NCBI RefSeq assembly: GCF_003334335.1
Contig: NZ_QOWQ01000023.1
Reading direction: 5' to 3' (one strand)
Source: Escherichia coli
Lineage (GTDB): Bacteria > Pseudomonadota > Gammaproteobacteria > Enterobacterales > Enterobacteriaceae
Length of the DNA stretch: 64,000 nucleotides
The notes below the pieces were generated by a model that was not told where the DNA came from, ran no database searches, and saw nothing but the letters and a program-made list of their open reading frames with translations. Of the stretch, positions 47,492 to 63,334 are shown piece after piece (position 1 is the first letter of the stretch; the number at the start of each line of letters is the position of its first letter). Position numbers and translations under genes: made by a program.

Positions 47492-49123
47492 TTAATACTC
47501 GTCCCGTCCTTCATCTTCATCCGGCTGTTCCAGCACACTGTAAGCCACCGAACAAAACAGCGAGTTCAGGCGCTGCATATCTCCCAGTAAGCCTAAATGT
47601 AGCGAACTGGTTTCAATGCTCTGCACGTTTTGCTGATGCAGGCGATCGACGTGGGCGTGGGAATAGCGGCGATTAAGAATGCGAAAACGATGTTTGCTGC
47701 GACGCAAACGACGAGCGCTGGTGACATCGCCAGAGAAGAACACCGACATTGCCAGCTTTAAATTACTGAGCAATTGCTCATAGAGCGCATCCAGTTCCTT
47801 CAACCCATCAAGCGAAAATGCCCGCCGTGCTGCCAGTGATTTGTCAGCAATTTCGCTGCCCATGCGCTCGACGATATCGGAGGCCTGTTCAAGGTTGAGC
47901 GACATTTCGATGATCTCTGCCCAGCGGCGCGACTCTTCCTCCGCCAGCTCTTCTTTTGGCATCCGCGCCAGATACAGCTTAATGGCGGTGTAGAGAACGT
48001 TGATATCATCTGCCAGCTTACGCAGCTCTTTCTCCTGCCGTGGCTCACCGTGCATCACTTTATTCAACCCTTCCATCATCTGTTCCATGGCGTCGCCAAT
48101 GCGCAGGGTTTCGCGCGCGGCGTTCGCCAGAGCAAGCGTGGGCGTATCCAGCGCGCTGACATCCAGATGTTTAGGCCGTAGCTGGGTATCCAGTTCCGGT
48201 TCATCGCGAATAATCGTTTTGCAAAACCGTGCCATCGGGTCAACAAATGGCAGCATGACCAGGCAACGTACAAGGTTGTAGAAGACGTGGAAATAGATCA
48301 CCAGTTCCGCTTTTGGCAATGACAACTTCCCCATTGTCTCTGCCAGCAAATGGACAAACGGCAGGATAATCAGGCTACCCACCAGCTTAAACAGCAGACT
48401 ACCCAGCGCGACACGGCGGGCTGCGGCATTGGCGGCACTGTTGTTGAGCATTGCCAGCAGACCGGAACCGAGGTTAGCACCAATCACCAGACAGAGCGCC
48501 ACGGGGAAGGAGATAATGCCTGCGGCGGTCAGAGTCGCGGTCAGCAGTACAGCAGCAAGGCTGGAGTAGCTGATAATGGCGAACATCGCGCCAATCAGCG
48601 CATCCAGCAGAATATCGCCGGTCAGCGAGGCAAAGATCACCTGAACGCCGTTTGCCTGGGTGATCGGCGTTACGGCCTGCACAATCAACTCCAGCGCTAG
48701 CAAAATCAGCCCAAGACCAATACCGACGCGGCCCAGTTGCCCGGCGCGTGACTGTTTGCGTCCGAGGAAAAAAATCACGCCGATAAAAATAAGTAACGGT
48801 GACAGCCAGGATAAGTCGAAGGTGAGAATACGCGCCATTAGCGCCGTCCCGACATCTGCACCCAGCACAATGACCAGAGCCGGTGCGAGGGCTACCAGAT
48901 CCTGAGCGACAAACGAGGTCACCAGCATGGTGGTGGCATTACTGCTCTGTACCAGTGCGGTAACGCCGATCCCCGCGCAAAAGGCGAGCGGCTTTTTTTC
49001 GACGCTCCGGCTAAGGACAGTACGCAAACGCGCGCCGAAGACGCGCATTACGCCGGTTCGAACAATATGAGTCCCCCAGACCAGCAGGGCGACGGCAGAA
49101 AGCAGGTGAAGCAGCGTTAACAC
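47492..49123 (-). CDS. yjbB: YjbB, Na/Pi-cotransporter-family membrane protein with PhoU-like C-terminal domain (543 aa)
   Basis: Polytopic N-terminus, soluble helical C-terminal domain. Confidence 0.88.
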   Translation of the reverse strand: MLTLLHLLSAVALLVWGTHIVRTGVMRVFGARLRTVLSRSVEKKPLAFCAGIGVTALVQSSNATTMLVTSFVAQDLVALAPALVIVLGADVGTALMARILTFDLSWLSPLLIFIGVIFFLGRKQSRAGQLGRVGIGLGLILLALELIVQAVTPITQANGVQVIFASLTGDILLDALIGAMFAIISYSSLAAVLLTATLTAAGIISFPVALCLVIGANLGSGLLAMLNNSAANAAARRVALGSLLFKLVGSLIILPFVHLLAETMGKLSLPKAELVIYFHVFYNLVRCLVMLPFVDPMARFCKTIIRDEPELDTQLRPKHLDVSALDTPTLALANAARETLRIGDAMEQMMEGLNKVMHGEPRQEKELRKLADDINVLYTAIKLYLARMPKEELAEEESRRWAEIIEMSLNLEQASDIVERMGSEIADKSLAARRAFSLDGLKELDALYEQLLSNLKLAMSVFFSGDVTSARRLRRSKHRFRILNRRYSHAHVDRLHQQNVQSIETSSLHLGLLGDMQRLNSLFCSVAYSVLEQPDEDEGRDEY

Positions 49124-49342
49124 GAGTTCAGGTTCTCCTTATCGTTATATGTTCCTGAAGCAATTGAATGACCAAAGGACCGGAAACACGCTGACTGGCA
49201 TCTTTACTGTGCCTTTTGACATTCGTTTTTCCGGCTAAGATTATTCCAGCCTGTTTCCAGTATAAGTGTTTCATATTAATAAAGAGACAGGGCACTCATT
49301 GAGCGCCCTGTTTGTTGTAAGGAAAAGTGACAGATTTGTGAA

Positions 49343-52300
49343 TCAGTCCGCGTCATACCCCAGATTCGGTGCCAGCCAGCGCTCAACTTCGGTAACGCTC
49401 ATACCTTTACGGCGGGCATAATCTTCAACCTGATCGCGCTGAATTTGTGCTACAGCGTAGTACTTGCTGTCCGGGTGGCTGAAGTACCAACCCGAAACCG
49501 ATGCACCGGGCCACATGGCGAAAGATTCTGTGAGTTTCATGCCAGTGTGTTTTTCCACTTCCAGCAGCTCCCAGATGGTGGCTTTTTCCGTATGTTCCGG
49601 GCAGGCCGGATAGCCCGGTGCCGGACGGATGCCCTGGTAGTTTTCGCGGATCAGCTCTTCGTTGCTGAGGTTCTCGTTCGGCGCATAGCCCCAGTAGACT
49701 TTACGCACACGCTCATGGAGATACTCCGCAAAGGCTTCGGCTAAACGGTCGGCAAGCGCTTTCACCATGATTTTGTTGTAATCATCGTGCTGCGCTTCAA
49801 AGGCATCAGCCAGTGCGTCCTCTTCCAGCCCGCCAGTCACGGCAAATGCGCCGATGTAATCTGCTTTACCAGAAAGCTTCGGCGCAACGAAGTCAGCGAG
49901 ACAGTAGTTAGCGAAGCCTGTTTTTTCGGTCTGTTGACGCAGATGGTGGCTGACGTTGATCACATGGGTACGCGTTTCGTCACGGTAGATTTCAATGTCA
50001 TCGCCCACACGGTTTGCCGGGAACAGGCCCACCACGCCACGCGGATTCAGCGTTTTCTCGGCGCTTAATTTATCCAGCATGTCGTTGGCGTCTTTAAACA
50101 GCCGCTGCGCCTCAACGCCCACCACTTCATCTTCCAGAATGCGCGGATACTTCCCGGCCAGCGACCAGGTCATAAAGAACGGTGTCCAGTCGATGTAATT
50201 ACGCAGCGTTTCGATGCTGGCTTCGACTTCCTGCACGCCGAGACGGTGCGCCACCGGCGGCGTGTAAGCCTGCCAGTCAAAAGCGAAATCGTTATCGCGC
50301 GCCGCTTCCAGCGTGACCGGTGGTGTGCGCGGTTTCTTGCGCCCGTGCTGAATACGTACGGTTTCGTACTCCTTGCGGGTACGAGCGACAAAATCATCAC
50401 GCTGGGTATCGGAAAGCAGCGCCGCCACCACACCAACGGTACGCGAGGCATTCTGCACATACACCGTCGGGCCGCTGTAGTTCTGCTCGATTTTCACCGC
50501 CGTGTGCGCTTTTGAGGTCGTCGCGCCGCCAATCAGTAACGGAATAGTGAAGCCCTGACGCTCCATCTCTTTCGCCACGTTAACCATCTCGTCCAGCGAC
50601 GGCGTGATAAGCCCCGAAAGGCCAATCAGATCAGCATTCACTTCTTTAGCGGTACGGAGAATTTTTTCCGCAGGCACCATAACGCCGAGATCGACAATTT
50701 CGTAGTTGTTACATTGCAGCACCACACCAACGATATTTTTACCGATGTCGTGGACGTCGCCCTTCACGGTGGCGATCACCATCTTGCCGTTGGTTTTGCC
50801 CTGCTCTTTGCTGGCTTCAATAAACGGTTCGAGGTAGGCCACCGCCTGTTTCATGACGCGCGCCGATTTGACCACCTGTGGCAGGAACATTTTCCCTTCG
50901 CCAAACAGGTCGCCGACCACATTCATGCCGTCCATCAACGGGCCTTCAATCACTTCAATCGGGCGCGTAGCCTGCTGGCGGGCTTCTTCGGTATCCTGCT
51001 CGATAAACTCGGTAATGCCTTTGACCAGCGAGTATTCCAGACGTTTATTCACTTCCCACGAGCGCCACTCCGCCTGCTGGGCGTTGGCGGTGTCGTCGGT
51101 TTTGCTGCCGCGATATTTCTCGGCAAGCTCCAGTAAACGCTCGGTGCCATCGTCGCGACGATTAAGAATCACATCTTCCACCGCGTCGCGCAGTTCAGCG
51201 GGTAGGTCGTCGTAAATCGCCAGTTGCCCGGCGTTGACGATCCCCATATCCATGCCATTGCGAATAGCGTAGTAGAGGAACACTGCGTGAATGGCTTCGC
51301 GCACCGGATCGTTGCCACGGAACGAGAAAGAAACGTTAGATACGCCGCCGGAAATCAGCGCGTGCGGCAGTTCGCGTTTGATGTCTTCACACGCGCCGAT
51401 AAAGTCCTGCGCGTAGTTGTTGTGCTCTTCAATGCCAGTTGCGACCGCGAAGATGTTTGGGTCGAAGATGATATCTTCTGGCGGGAAGCCAACCTCTTCG
51501 GTGAGGATTTTGTACGCCCGACGGCAAATCTCGATTTTCCGTGCGCGAGTATCGGCCTGTCCCTGTTCGTCAAAGGCCATTACCACCACTGCCGCACCGT
51601 AGCGACGCAACAATTTCGCGTGATGGATAAAGGCATCGACGCCCTCTTTCATCGAGATAGAGTTAACAATGCCTTTGCCCTGGATACACTTCAGACCTTT
51701 TTCAATGACGTCCCATTTTGAGGAGTCGATCATAATCGGCACGCGAGCGATATCCGGTTCACCGGCAATCAGATTGAGAAAACGCACCATCGCCGCTTCG
51801 GCATCGAGCATCCCTTCATCCATGTTGATATCGATAATCTGCGCGCCGTTTTCCACCTGTTGACGCGCGACATCCAGCGCCTCGCTGTATTTCTCTTCTT
51901 TGATCAGGCGCTTGAACTTAGCGGAACCGGTGACGTTGGTGCGTTCACCCACGTTCACAAACAGGCTATCTTCGCCAATGTTCAGCGGCTCCAGGCCGGA
52001 CAAACGGCAGGCTACGGGAATTTCCGGCAGTTTGCGCGGCGCTAATCCTTCTACTGCACGACTCATCGCTGCAATATGTTGTGGCGTGGTGCCACAGCAG
52101 CCGCCGACGATATTGAGAAAACCCGCTTGCGCCCATTCACGTATCTGTTTTGCCATCGTGTCGGCGTCGAGATCGTACTCACCAAAGGCGTTGGGTAGCC
52201 CGGCGTTCGGGTGCGCGGTGACGTAGCATTCCGCAATCCGTGACAGCTCCTGCACGTACTGGCGCAGTTCATCGGGCCCCAGCGCACAGTTCAGGCCAAA

Positions 52301-53026
52301 GGTCAGAGCTTCAGCGTGGCGCAATGAGTTGTAAAATGCTTCGGTGGTCTGCCCGGAGAGCGTGCGCCCGGAGGCGTCGGTGATGGTGCCGGAGATCATA
52401 ATCGGCAGCTCAACGCCCAGCGCTTCAAACTCCGTTTTCACCGCAAATACCGCCGCTTTGGCGTTAAGGGTGTCGAAAACGGTTTCAATCAGGATCAGAT
52501 CCGCGCCACCTTCCACCAGCGCTTTGGTGGACTCTCGATAAGCCGCCACCAGCCCGTCAAAAGTGATATTACGAAATGCCGGATCGTTGACGTCCGGAGA
52601 AATAGACGCCGTGCGGTTGGTCGGGCCGAGAACACCGGCAACGTAGCGCGGTTTCTCTGGCGTGCGCGCGGTCCACTCGTCAGCACAAGCTCGCGCCAGT
52701 TTCGCCGCCGCAAAGTTGATTTCCGCCGACAGGGATTCCATCTGGTAATCCGCCATCGCAATGGTCGTGGAGTTGAAGGTGTTGGTTTCGATGATATCCG
52801 CGCCCGCTTCAAAGTAGGCGTTGTGGATAGCGGCGATCACTTCCGGTTTACTGAGTACCAGCAGGTCGTTGTTGCCTTTGAGGTCGCATGGCCAGTCGGC
52901 AAAGCGTTCACCACGAAAATCGGCTTCGTTCAGTCGATAACTCTGGATCATGGTGCCCATACCGCCGTCCAGCACCAGAATACGTTCATTTAACTGCGCA
53001 CGCAGTTGTTCCACTTTGCTGCTCAC
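49343..53026 (-). CDS. metH: cobalamin-dependent methionine synthase MetH (1227 aa)
   Basis: GTG at rc(53024..53026) gives (M)[27 protein letters not shown]...; Hcy, pterin, B12 and AdoMet domains in order. Confidence 0.97.
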   Translation of the reverse strand: MSSKVEQLRAQLNERILVLDGGMGTMIQSYRLNEADFRGERFADWPCDLKGNNDLLVLSKPEVIAAIHNAYFEAGADIIETNTFNSTTIAMADYQMESLSAEINFAAAKLARACADEWTARTPEKPRYVAGVLGPTNRTASISPDVNDPAFRNITFDGLVAAYRESTKALVEGGADLILIETVFDTLNAKAAVFAVKTEFEALGVELPIMISGTITDASGRTLSGQTTEAFYNSLRHAEALTFGLNCALGPDELRQYVQELSRIAECYVTAHPNAGLPNAFGEYDLDADTMAKQIREWAQAGFLNIVGGCCGTTPQHIAAMSRAVEGLAPRKLPEIPVACRLSGLEPLNIGEDSLFVNVGERTNVTGSAKFKRLIKEEKYSEALDVARQQVENGAQIIDINMDEGMLDAEAAMVRFLNLIAGEPDIARVPIMIDSSKWDVIEKGLKCIQGKGIVNSISMKEGVDAFIHHAKLLRRYGAAVVVMAFDEQGQADTRARKIEICRRAYKILTEEVGFPPEDIIFDPNIFAVATGIEEHNNYAQDFIGACEDIKRELPHALISGGVSNVSFSFRGNDPVREAIHAVFLYYAIRNGMDMGIVNAGQLAIYDDLPAELRDAVEDVILNRRDDGTERLLELAEKYRGSKTDDTANAQQAEWRSWEVNKRLEYSLVKGITEFIEQDTEEARQQATRPIEVIEGPLMDGMNVVGDLFGEGKMFLPQVVKSARVMKQAVAYLEPFIEASKEQGKTNGKMVIATVKGDVHDIGKNIVGVVLQCNNYEIVDLGVMVPAEKILRTAKEVNADLIGLSGLITPSLDEMVNVAKEMERQGFTIPLLIGGATTSKAHTAVKIEQNYSGPTVYVQNASRTVGVVAALLSDTQRDDFVARTRKEYETVRIQHGRKKPRTPPVTLEAARDNDFAFDWQAYTPPVAHRLGVQEVEASIETLRNYIDWTPFFMTWSLAGKYPRILEDEVVGVEAQRLFKDANDMLDKLSAEKTLNPRGVVGLFPANRVGDDIEIYRDETRTHVINVSHHLRQQTEKTGFANYCLADFVAPKLSGKADYIGAFAVTGGLEEDALADAFEAQHDDYNKIMVKALADRLAEAFAEYLHERVRKVYWGYAPNENLSNEELIRENYQGIRPAPGYPACPEHTEKATIWELLEVEKHTGMKLTESFAMWPGASVSGWYFSHPDSKYYAVAQIQRDQVEDYARRKGMSVTEVERWLAPNLGYDAD

Positions 53027-53185
53027 ACTTGCTCCCGACACGCTCAACCCAGATTTAATAAAAATTCAACAAACCATACTGGCATAAACGCATCTGTGGT
53101 AAAAGCGACCACCACGCAACATGAGATTTGTTCAACATTAACTCATCGGATCAGTTCAGTAACTATTGCATTAGCTAACAATAAA

Positions 53186-53202
53186 AATGAAAATGATTTC
53201 CA
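53186..53202. promoter_or_regulatory. IclR box in iclR promoter (autoregulation)
   Basis: AATGAAAATGATTTCCA (rc TGGAAATCATTTTCATT), near-palindromic. Confidence 0.7.
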
Positions 53203-53225
53203 CGATAAAGAAAAAGGAGACTGTC

Positions 53226-54050
53226 ATGGTCGCACCCATTCCCGCGAAACGCGGCAGAAAACCCGCCGTTGCCACCGCACCAGCGACTGGACAGGTTCAG
53301 TCTTTAACGCGTGGCCTGAAATTACTGGAGTGGATTGCCGAATCCAATGGCAGTGTGGCACTCACGGAACTGGCGCAACAAGCCGGGTTACCCAATTCCA
53401 CGACCCACCGCCTGCTAACCACGATGCAACAGCAGGGTTTCGTGCGTCAGGTTGGCGAACTGGGACATTGGGCAATCGGCGCACATGCCTTTATGGTCGG
53501 CAGCAGCTTTCTCCAGAGCCGTAATTTGTTAGCGATTGTTCACCCTATCCTGCGCAATCTAATGGAAGAGTCTGGCGAAACGGTCAATATGGCGGTGCTT
53601 GATCAAAGCGATCACGAAGCGATTATTATCGACCAGGTACAGTGTACGCATCTGATGCGAATGTCCGCGCCTATCGGCGGTAAATTGCCGATGCACGCTT
53701 CCGGTGCGGGTAAAGCCTTTTTAGCCCAACTGAGCGAAGAACAGGTGACGAAGCTGCTGCACCGCAAAGGGTTACATGCCTATACCCACGCAACGCTGGT
53801 GTCTCCTGTGCATTTAAAAGAAGATCTCGCCCAAACGCGCAAACGGGGTTATTCATTTGACGATGAGGAACATGCACTGGGGCTACGTTGCCTTGCAGCG
53901 TGTATTTTCGATGAGCACCGTGAACCGTTTGCCGCAATTTCTATTTCCGGACCGATTTCACGTATTACCGATGACCGCGTGACCGAGTTTGGCGCGATGG
54001 TGATTAAAGCGGCGAAGGAAGTGACGCTGGCGTACGGTGGAATGCGCTGA
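53226..54050 (+). CDS. iclR: glyoxylate-shunt repressor IclR (274 aa)
   Basis: MVAPIPAKRGRKPAVATAPATGQVQSLTRGLKLLEWIAESNGSVALTELAQQAGLPNSTTHRLL...; ATG 53226 internal to ORF 53187..54050. Confidence 0.95.
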   Translation: MVAPIPAKRGRKPAVATAPATGQVQSLTRGLKLLEWIAESNGSVALTELAQQAGLPNSTTHRLLTTMQQQGFVRQVGELGHWAIGAHAFMVGSSFLQSRNLLAIVHPILRNLMEESGETVNMAVLDQSDHEAIIIDQVQCTHLMRMSAPIGGKLPMHASGAGKAFLAQLSEEQVTKLLHRKGLHAYTHATLVSPVHLKEDLAQTRKRGYSFDDEEHALGLRCLAACIFDEHREPFAAISISGPISRITDDRVTEFGAMVIKAAKEVTLAYGGMR

Positions 54051-54366
54051 CTTTTTCTGGCGGGCAGAGGCAATATTCTGCCCATCATACCTGAGTGGCA
54101 ATAGAATAAGGGTGTCTGTTAATCGCATTGACGCCAAAATAACTTAATGTCATACACTTCACACACTTTTATTAACTCAGCATTATTTTTAAACATCAAA
54201 CCACTTAATTATTAACAAAATCGCAAGATCTCATTCCACCGAAACTTTTACGGCTGCATTATGAGATTGAGCGATTTATGATATTTATTTAGTTGTAATC
54301 ATATTAAATTTTTTCACTGTTCTGATAGTTAAAATTCAAGACATCAATAAACAATGAGATATTTAA

Positions 54367-58258
<3,892 letters not shown>

Positions 58259-58283
58259 TTAGCGCCCTCATCAGGAGCAGAGA

Positions 58284-58530
58284 ATTGCCGGATGCGGCGT
58301 AAACGCCTTATCCAGCCTACGTTCGGCAACGGTTGTAGGCATGATAAGACGCGCAAGCGTCGCATCAGGCATCGTGCACCGATTGCCGGATGCGGCGTAA
58401 ATGCCTTATCCGGCCTACGTTCGGCAACGGCTGTAGGCATGATAAGACGCGCAAGCGTCGCATCAGGCATCGTGCACCGATTGCCGGATGCGGCGTGAAC
58501 GCCTTATCCGGCCTACAGTCAGCAACGGTT
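58284..58530. repeat. BIME array: about 2.5 tandem copies of a 98-bp unit of two REP palindromes, between aceA and aceK
   Basis: Unit starts at 58284, 58382, 58480 (ATTGCCGGATGCGGCGTAAACGCCTTATCC...GTAGGCATGATAAGACGCGCAAGCGTCGCATCAGGCATCGTGCACCG); copies near-identical. Confidence 0.9.
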
Positions 58531-58538
58531 GTTGTTGC

Positions 58539-59843
58539 TTAGAACTGCGATTCTTCAGTGGAGCCGGTCAGCGCGGTGACTGAAGACGTGCCGCCCTGAA
58601 TAATAGTCGTCACTTTATCGAAGTAACCTGTACCCACTTCCTGCTGGTGAGATACGAAGGTATAGCCATCTTTCGCGGCGGCAAATTCCGGCTGCTGCAC
58701 TTTCTCAACGTAGTGCTTCATACCCTCGCCCTGGGCATAGGCGTTTGCCAGGTCAAACATGTTGAACCACATGCTGTGGATACCTGCCAGGGTGATGAAC
58801 TGGAACTTGTAGCCCATATCCGACAGCTGCTGCTGGAAGCTGGCAATAGTTTTGTCGTCGAGGTTTTTCTGCCAGTTGAACGACGGCGAGCAGTTATAAG
58901 CCAGCAGTTTGCCCGGATATTTCGCGTGGATAGCTTGTGCAAAGCGACGCGCCAGTTCCAGATCCGGCGTGGAGGTTTCACACCAGACCAGGTCAGCATA
59001 TGGCGCATACGCCAGGCCACGGCTGATCGCTTGCTCAATGCCCGCATGAGTACGGAAGAAGCCTTCACTGGTACGCTCGCCGGTAATAAATTCGCTGTCA
59101 TACGGGTCGCAATCGGAGGTGATCAGATCCGCCGCATCAGCATCGGTACGGGCAACCAGCAGGGTTGGAACGCCCGTCACGTCAGCTGCCAGACGCGCCG
59201 CGACCAGTTTCTTAATAGCTTCCTGAGTTGGCACTAAAACTTTGCCGCCCATGTGACCGCATTTCTTCACTGACGCCAGCTGATCTTCGAAGTGAACTGC
59301 CGCTGCACCGGCTTCAATCATCGCTTTCATCAGTTCAAAGGCATTCAGGACACCGCCAAAACCGGCTTCCGCATCGGCAACGATCGGCAGGAAGTAATCG
59401 ACATAGCGCGGATCGCCCGGCTCAATGCCCGCGGACCATTGGATCTGATCGGCACGACGGAAGGTGTTGTTGATCCGCTCCACCACAGCTGGCACCGAGT
59501 TTGCCGGATAGAGCGACTGATCCGGATACATGCTGGCCGCCAGGTTAGCGTCCGCCGCTACCTGCCATCCCGACAGATAGACTGCTTCAATACCCGCTTT
59601 CGCCTGTTGCAGCGCCTGACCGCCAGTCAGTGCGCCGAGGCTGTTGATGTAGCCTTTTTTCGACTCACCGTGCAGCAGACGCCACATTTTCGCTGCGCCC
59701 AGTTGCGCCAGCGTGCATTCAGGATTGACTGAACCGCGTAATTTCACCACATCTTCCGCACTGTATGGGCGAGTAATGCCTTCCCAACGCGGTTGAGTCC
59801 ACTCTTTCTGTAATTCTTCAATTTGTTGTGTACGGGTTTTCAT
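58539..59843 (-). CDS. aceA: isocitrate lyase AceA (434 aa)
   Basis: [38 protein letters not shown]...; catalytic KKCGHMGGK. Confidence 0.97.
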   Translation of the reverse strand: MKTRTQQIEELQKEWTQPRWEGITRPYSAEDVVKLRGSVNPECTLAQLGAAKMWRLLHGESKKGYINSLGALTGGQALQQAKAGIEAVYLSGWQVAADANLAASMYPDQSLYPANSVPAVVERINNTFRRADQIQWSAGIEPGDPRYVDYFLPIVADAEAGFGGVLNAFELMKAMIEAGAAAVHFEDQLASVKKCGHMGGKVLVPTQEAIKKLVAARLAADVTGVPTLLVARTDADAADLITSDCDPYDSEFITGERTSEGFFRTHAGIEQAISRGLAYAPYADLVWCETSTPDLELARRFAQAIHAKYPGKLLAYNCSPSFNWQKNLDDKTIASFQQQLSDMGYKFQFITLAGIHSMWFNMFDLANAYAQGEGMKHYVEKVQQPEFAAAKDGYTFVSHQQEVGTGYFDKVTTIIQGGTSSVTALTGSTEESQF

Positions 59844-59872
59844 GTGCAGATGCTCCATAGTTATGTGGTGGT

Positions 59873-61474
59873 TTACGCTAACAGGCGGTAGCCTGGCAGG
59901 GTCAGGAAATCAATTAACTCATCGGAAGTGGTGATCTGTTCCATCAAGCGTGCGGCATCGTCAAAACGCCCCTGGGAGAAACGTTCTTCGCCCAGTTCGC
60001 TGGCAATGACTTTCATCTCTTCGCCCAGCATCTGGCGGAACAAGGCTTTGGTCACCGGTTTGCCATTGCTCAACGTTTTTTGATGATGGATCCACTGCCA
60101 GATCGAGGTACGGGAAATTTCAGCCGTCGCCGCATCTTCCATCAGGCCATAAATCGGCACACAGCCGTTGCCAGAGATCCACGCTTCGATGTACTGCACA
60201 GCCACGCGAATGTTGGCGCGCATACCTTCTTCGGTGCGTTCACCATCACAAGGTGCCAGCAGCTGATCGGCAGTAATCGGCGCGTCTTGTTCGCGCATCA
60301 CTTCAAGCTGATTTTTACGGGAGCCGAGAATGTCGTTGAATACCGCCATTGCCGTGTCCGCAAGGCCTGGGTGAGCGATCCATGTGCCATCGTGACCGTT
60401 ATTGGCTTCCAGCGATTTATCCGCTTTTACTTTGTTGAGCACCTGGTTATTGTGCTCTTCATCTTTGCTCGGAATAAACGCCGCCATGCCGCCCATCGCA
60501 AAAGCACCGCGTTTATGGCAGGTTTTAATCAACAGGCGTGAGTAAGCATTCAGGAATGGTTTATCCATCGTCACTGCCTGTCTGTCTGGCAGGACGCGAT
60601 CGGGATAGTTTTTCAACGTTTTGATATAGCTGAAGATGTAATCCCAACGACCGCAGTTCAGACCAACAATATGGTCACGCAGCGCGTGAAGGATTTCATC
60701 CATCTGGAACACGGCGGGCAGCGTTTCAATCAGCAACGTCGCCTTGATGGTGCCGCGCGGCAGATTAAAGCGATCTTCTGCATAGCTGAAGACTTCGCTC
60801 CACCAGGCCGCTTCCTGCCAGGACTGGGTTTTCGGCAGATAGAAATAGGGACCACTGCCCTTTGCCAACAGTGCCTGATAGTTGTGGAAGAAATAGAGCG
60901 CAAAATCAAACAGGCTGCCGGGGATTGCCTCACCACGCCAGGTGACATGTTTTTCCGGCAAGTGCAGACCGCGTACCCGACAAATCAAAACCGCTGGATT
61001 GGGCTTGAGCTGGTAAATTTTGCCTGCTTCATTGGTGTAACTGATGGTGCCGTTAACCGCATCACGCAGGTTAATTTGCCCGTCGATCACTTTGTTCCAG
61101 TCTGGTGCCAGTGAATCTTCGAAATCGGCCATAAAGACTTTCACATTGGCGTTGAGCGCGTTGATCACCATCTTGCGCTCTACCGGGCCAGTTATCTCTA
61201 CGCGGCGGTCTTCTAAGTCCGCAGGAATCCCGCGAATTTTCCAATCAGCATCGCGAATGGAAGCTGTTTCCGAAATAAAATCAGGCAACGTTCCGTTATC
61301 AATATCTTGCTGCTGCTGAATGCGCGCTGCCAGAAGTTTATTGCGTTGTGGCGTAAAATGCGTCACCAGCTCAGTCAGAAATTCTACCGCTTCGGCAGTA
61401 AGAATTTGCTTCTCCTGCTCGCCATACGGCCTTGTGAAAGCCAGTTCATCGGTTGTTGTTGCCTGTTCAGTCAT
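59873..61474 (-). CDS. aceB: malate synthase A AceB (533 aa)
   Basis: [40 protein letters not shown]... Confidence 0.97.
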   Translation of the reverse strand: MTEQATTTDELAFTRPYGEQEKQILTAEAVEFLTELVTHFTPQRNKLLAARIQQQQDIDNGTLPDFISETASIRDADWKIRGIPADLEDRRVEITGPVERKMVINALNANVKVFMADFEDSLAPDWNKVIDGQINLRDAVNGTISYTNEAGKIYQLKPNPAVLICRVRGLHLPEKHVTWRGEAIPGSLFDFALYFFHNYQALLAKGSGPYFYLPKTQSWQEAAWWSEVFSYAEDRFNLPRGTIKATLLIETLPAVFQMDEILHALRDHIVGLNCGRWDYIFSYIKTLKNYPDRVLPDRQAVTMDKPFLNAYSRLLIKTCHKRGAFAMGGMAAFIPSKDEEHNNQVLNKVKADKSLEANNGHDGTWIAHPGLADTAMAVFNDILGSRKNQLEVMREQDAPITADQLLAPCDGERTEEGMRANIRVAVQYIEAWISGNGCVPIYGLMEDAATAEISRTSIWQWIHHQKTLSNGKPVTKALFRQMLGEEMKVIASELGEERFSQGRFDDAARLMEQITTSDELIDFLTLPGYRLLA

Positions 61475-61580
61475 CGTGCAGCTCCTCGTCATGGATCCGA
61501 AAACTTCCCCACTGTGAACGAAGGATCGTTGTGCTCTTTTCGTTCAGCACAACTAAGACTACTCATTTAAAATGCAAAAT

Positions 61581-61599
61581 CAAAAACAATTTCCATTTT
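61581..61599. promoter_or_regulatory. IclR operator candidate in aceBAK promoter
   Basis: Minus-strand sense AAAATGGAAATTGTTTTTG, resembling TGGAAAT-N-ATTTCCA. Confidence 0.65.
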
Positions 61600-61671
61600 A
61601 ATTAAAAATACTTGATAACTTGTTGATAACAATATGAATAAAATTTATTCACCTGCTGAGGTACGTTTCGG

Positions 61672-61698
61672 AAATAAAAAAGGCACCCGAAGGTGCCT
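61672..61698 (-). terminator. intrinsic terminator of metA
   Basis: AGGCACC-CGAA-GGTGCCT stem followed on minus strand by TTTTTATTT. Confidence 0.85.
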
Positions 61699-61742
61699 GA
61701 GGTAAGGTGCTGAATCGCTTAACGATCGACTATCACAGAAGA

Positions 61743-62672
61743 TTAATCCAGCGTTGGATTCATGTGCCGTAGATCGTATGGCGTGATCTGGTAGACGTAA
61801 TAGTTGAGCCAGTTGGTAAACAGTAAATTACCGTGACTACGCCAGCTCGCTCGCGGTGTATTTTGCGGATCATTGTGCGGGAAATAGTTATACGGTACAT
61901 CCGGGTCTAGTCCGGCTTCCACATCGCGGAAAAATTCCTGCGCCAGCGTTTGCGCATCATATTCGGGATGGCCCGTCACAAAGGCAATGCGCTTATCTTT
62001 ACTGGCAAACAGATATGCATCCCCTTCTTCCGTCTCTGCCAGAATTTCCAGATCGGTGTAATCACGAATCAACGCTGCCGGAAAGTCAGCATAGCGCGAA
62101 TGCGGTGCCAGGAATGAATCATCAAAGCCACGCGTCAGAAGCGCATGAGGATGGAGAATATGATGCTCGTAAACGCCAGAGAGTTTGTCGGTGCGAGTTT
62201 GCTTAGGAATGCCGTAGAGGATATTGAGCGCGGCCTGTACCGCCCAGCAGACAAACAGCGTCGAGGTGACGTGATCTTTCGACCACTCCAGCACCTGTTT
62301 GATCTGCGGCCAGTAAGCGACATCATTAAACTCCACCAGGCCCAGCGGCGCACCAGTTACAATCAAACCGTCAAAGTTCTGATCCTGAATATCTTCAAAG
62401 TTACAGTAGAAGTTGTTCAGATGCTCTGCGGGCGTGTTGCGCGATTCACGGGAATCGATGCGCAACAGCTGAATATCGACCTGCAAAGGTGAGTTTGAAA
62501 GCAGGCGCAGAAACTGATTTTCAGTTTCAATCTTCTTCGGCATCAGGTTAAGGATCAGAACCTTAAGTGGACGAATTTCCTGACCAGACGCACGAGAAGT
62601 TGTCATCACAAAGACGTTTTCTTCACGCAAGAAATTGACGGCGGGTAGCTCGTCCGGCACACGAATCGGCAT
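61743..62672 (-). CDS. metA: homoserine O-succinyltransferase MetA (309 aa)
   Basis: [51 protein letters not shown]... Confidence 0.96.
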   Translation of the reverse strand: MPIRVPDELPAVNFLREENVFVMTTSRASGQEIRPLKVLILNLMPKKIETENQFLRLLSNSPLQVDIQLLRIDSRESRNTPAEHLNNFYCNFEDIQDQNFDGLIVTGAPLGLVEFNDVAYWPQIKQVLEWSKDHVTSTLFVCWAVQAALNILYGIPKQTRTDKLSGVYEHHILHPHALLTRGFDDSFLAPHSRYADFPAALIRDYTDLEILAETEEGDAYLFASKDKRIAFVTGHPEYDAQTLAQEFFRDVEAGLDPDVPYNYFPHNDPQNTPRASWRSHGNLLFTNWLNYYVYQITPYDLRHMNPTLD

Positions 62673-62691
62673 AACCTGATTACCTCACTAC

Positions 62692-62723
62692 ATACGCTTA
62701 TACGTTTAGACATCCAGATAGCT
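62692..62723. promoter_or_regulatory. tandem MetJ-box-like octamers upstream of metA
   Basis: Four consecutive 8-mers ATACGCTT, ATACGTTT, AGACATCC, AGATAGCT, each 5-6/8 to AGACGTCT. Confidence 0.6.
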
Positions 62724-62828
62724 GAAGATAACCAGAAAATTTGCCAATGTCGAGCCTGCATGTTGAAGGTGAGAAAGTTTCAAGGAAAAGACTACGTTAG
62801 AATATAAGAATGACTAAAAGGAGAGAAA

Positions 62829-63272
62829 ATGGTTATTAGTATTCGCCGCTCACGGCATGAGGAAGGGGAGGAACTCGTTGCGATTTGGTGTCGTTCTGTC
62901 GATGCCACTCACGATTTTCTATCAGCAGAGTATCGGACCGAGCTGGAGGACCTAGTTCGTTCCTTCCTGCCGGAAGCGCCGTTGTGGGTCGCGGTTAATG
63001 AGCGGGATCAGCCGGTTGGATTTATGTTGCTAAGTGGGCAGCATATGGATGCGCTGTTTATCGATCCTGATGTGCGCGGCTGCGGCGTAGGTCGGGTGCT
63101 GGTGGAGCATGCGCTCTCGATGGCACCGGAACTGACAACCAACGTTAATGAGCAAAATGAGCAGGCGGTTGGGTTCTATAAGAAGGTGGGTTTTAAGGTT
63201 ACGGGACGCTCTGAGGTGGACGATTTGGGGAAACCGTATCCGTTGCTGAATCTGGCGTATGTGGGGGCGTAG
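62829..63272 (+). CDS. yjaB: GNAT-family N-acetyltransferase YjaB (147 aa)
   Basis: GNAT acetyl-CoA motif RGCGVGRVLVEHAL. Confidence 0.88.
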   Translation: MVISIRRSRHEEGEELVAIWCRSVDATHDFLSAEYRTELEDLVRSFLPEAPLWVAVNERDQPVGFMLLSGQHMDALFIDPDVRGCGVGRVLVEHALSMAPELTTNVNEQNEQAVGFYKKVGFKVTGRSEVDDLGKPYPLLNLAYVGA

Positions 63273-63334
63273 GCGATTTTTTCTCATCCCGGTGGGCTGA
63301 ACTTCAGGTTTAGTACCCACCAATGGTGACACGA

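Noticed and set aside
58284-58530. Tandem ~98-bp repeats that could superficially look like a CRISPR array
   Set aside because: The repeating units are themselves REP palindromes (GCCGGATGCGGCG.../GTAGGC...CATCAGGC) with no unique spacers between them, and there is no leader or cas gene nearby; this is a BIME array.
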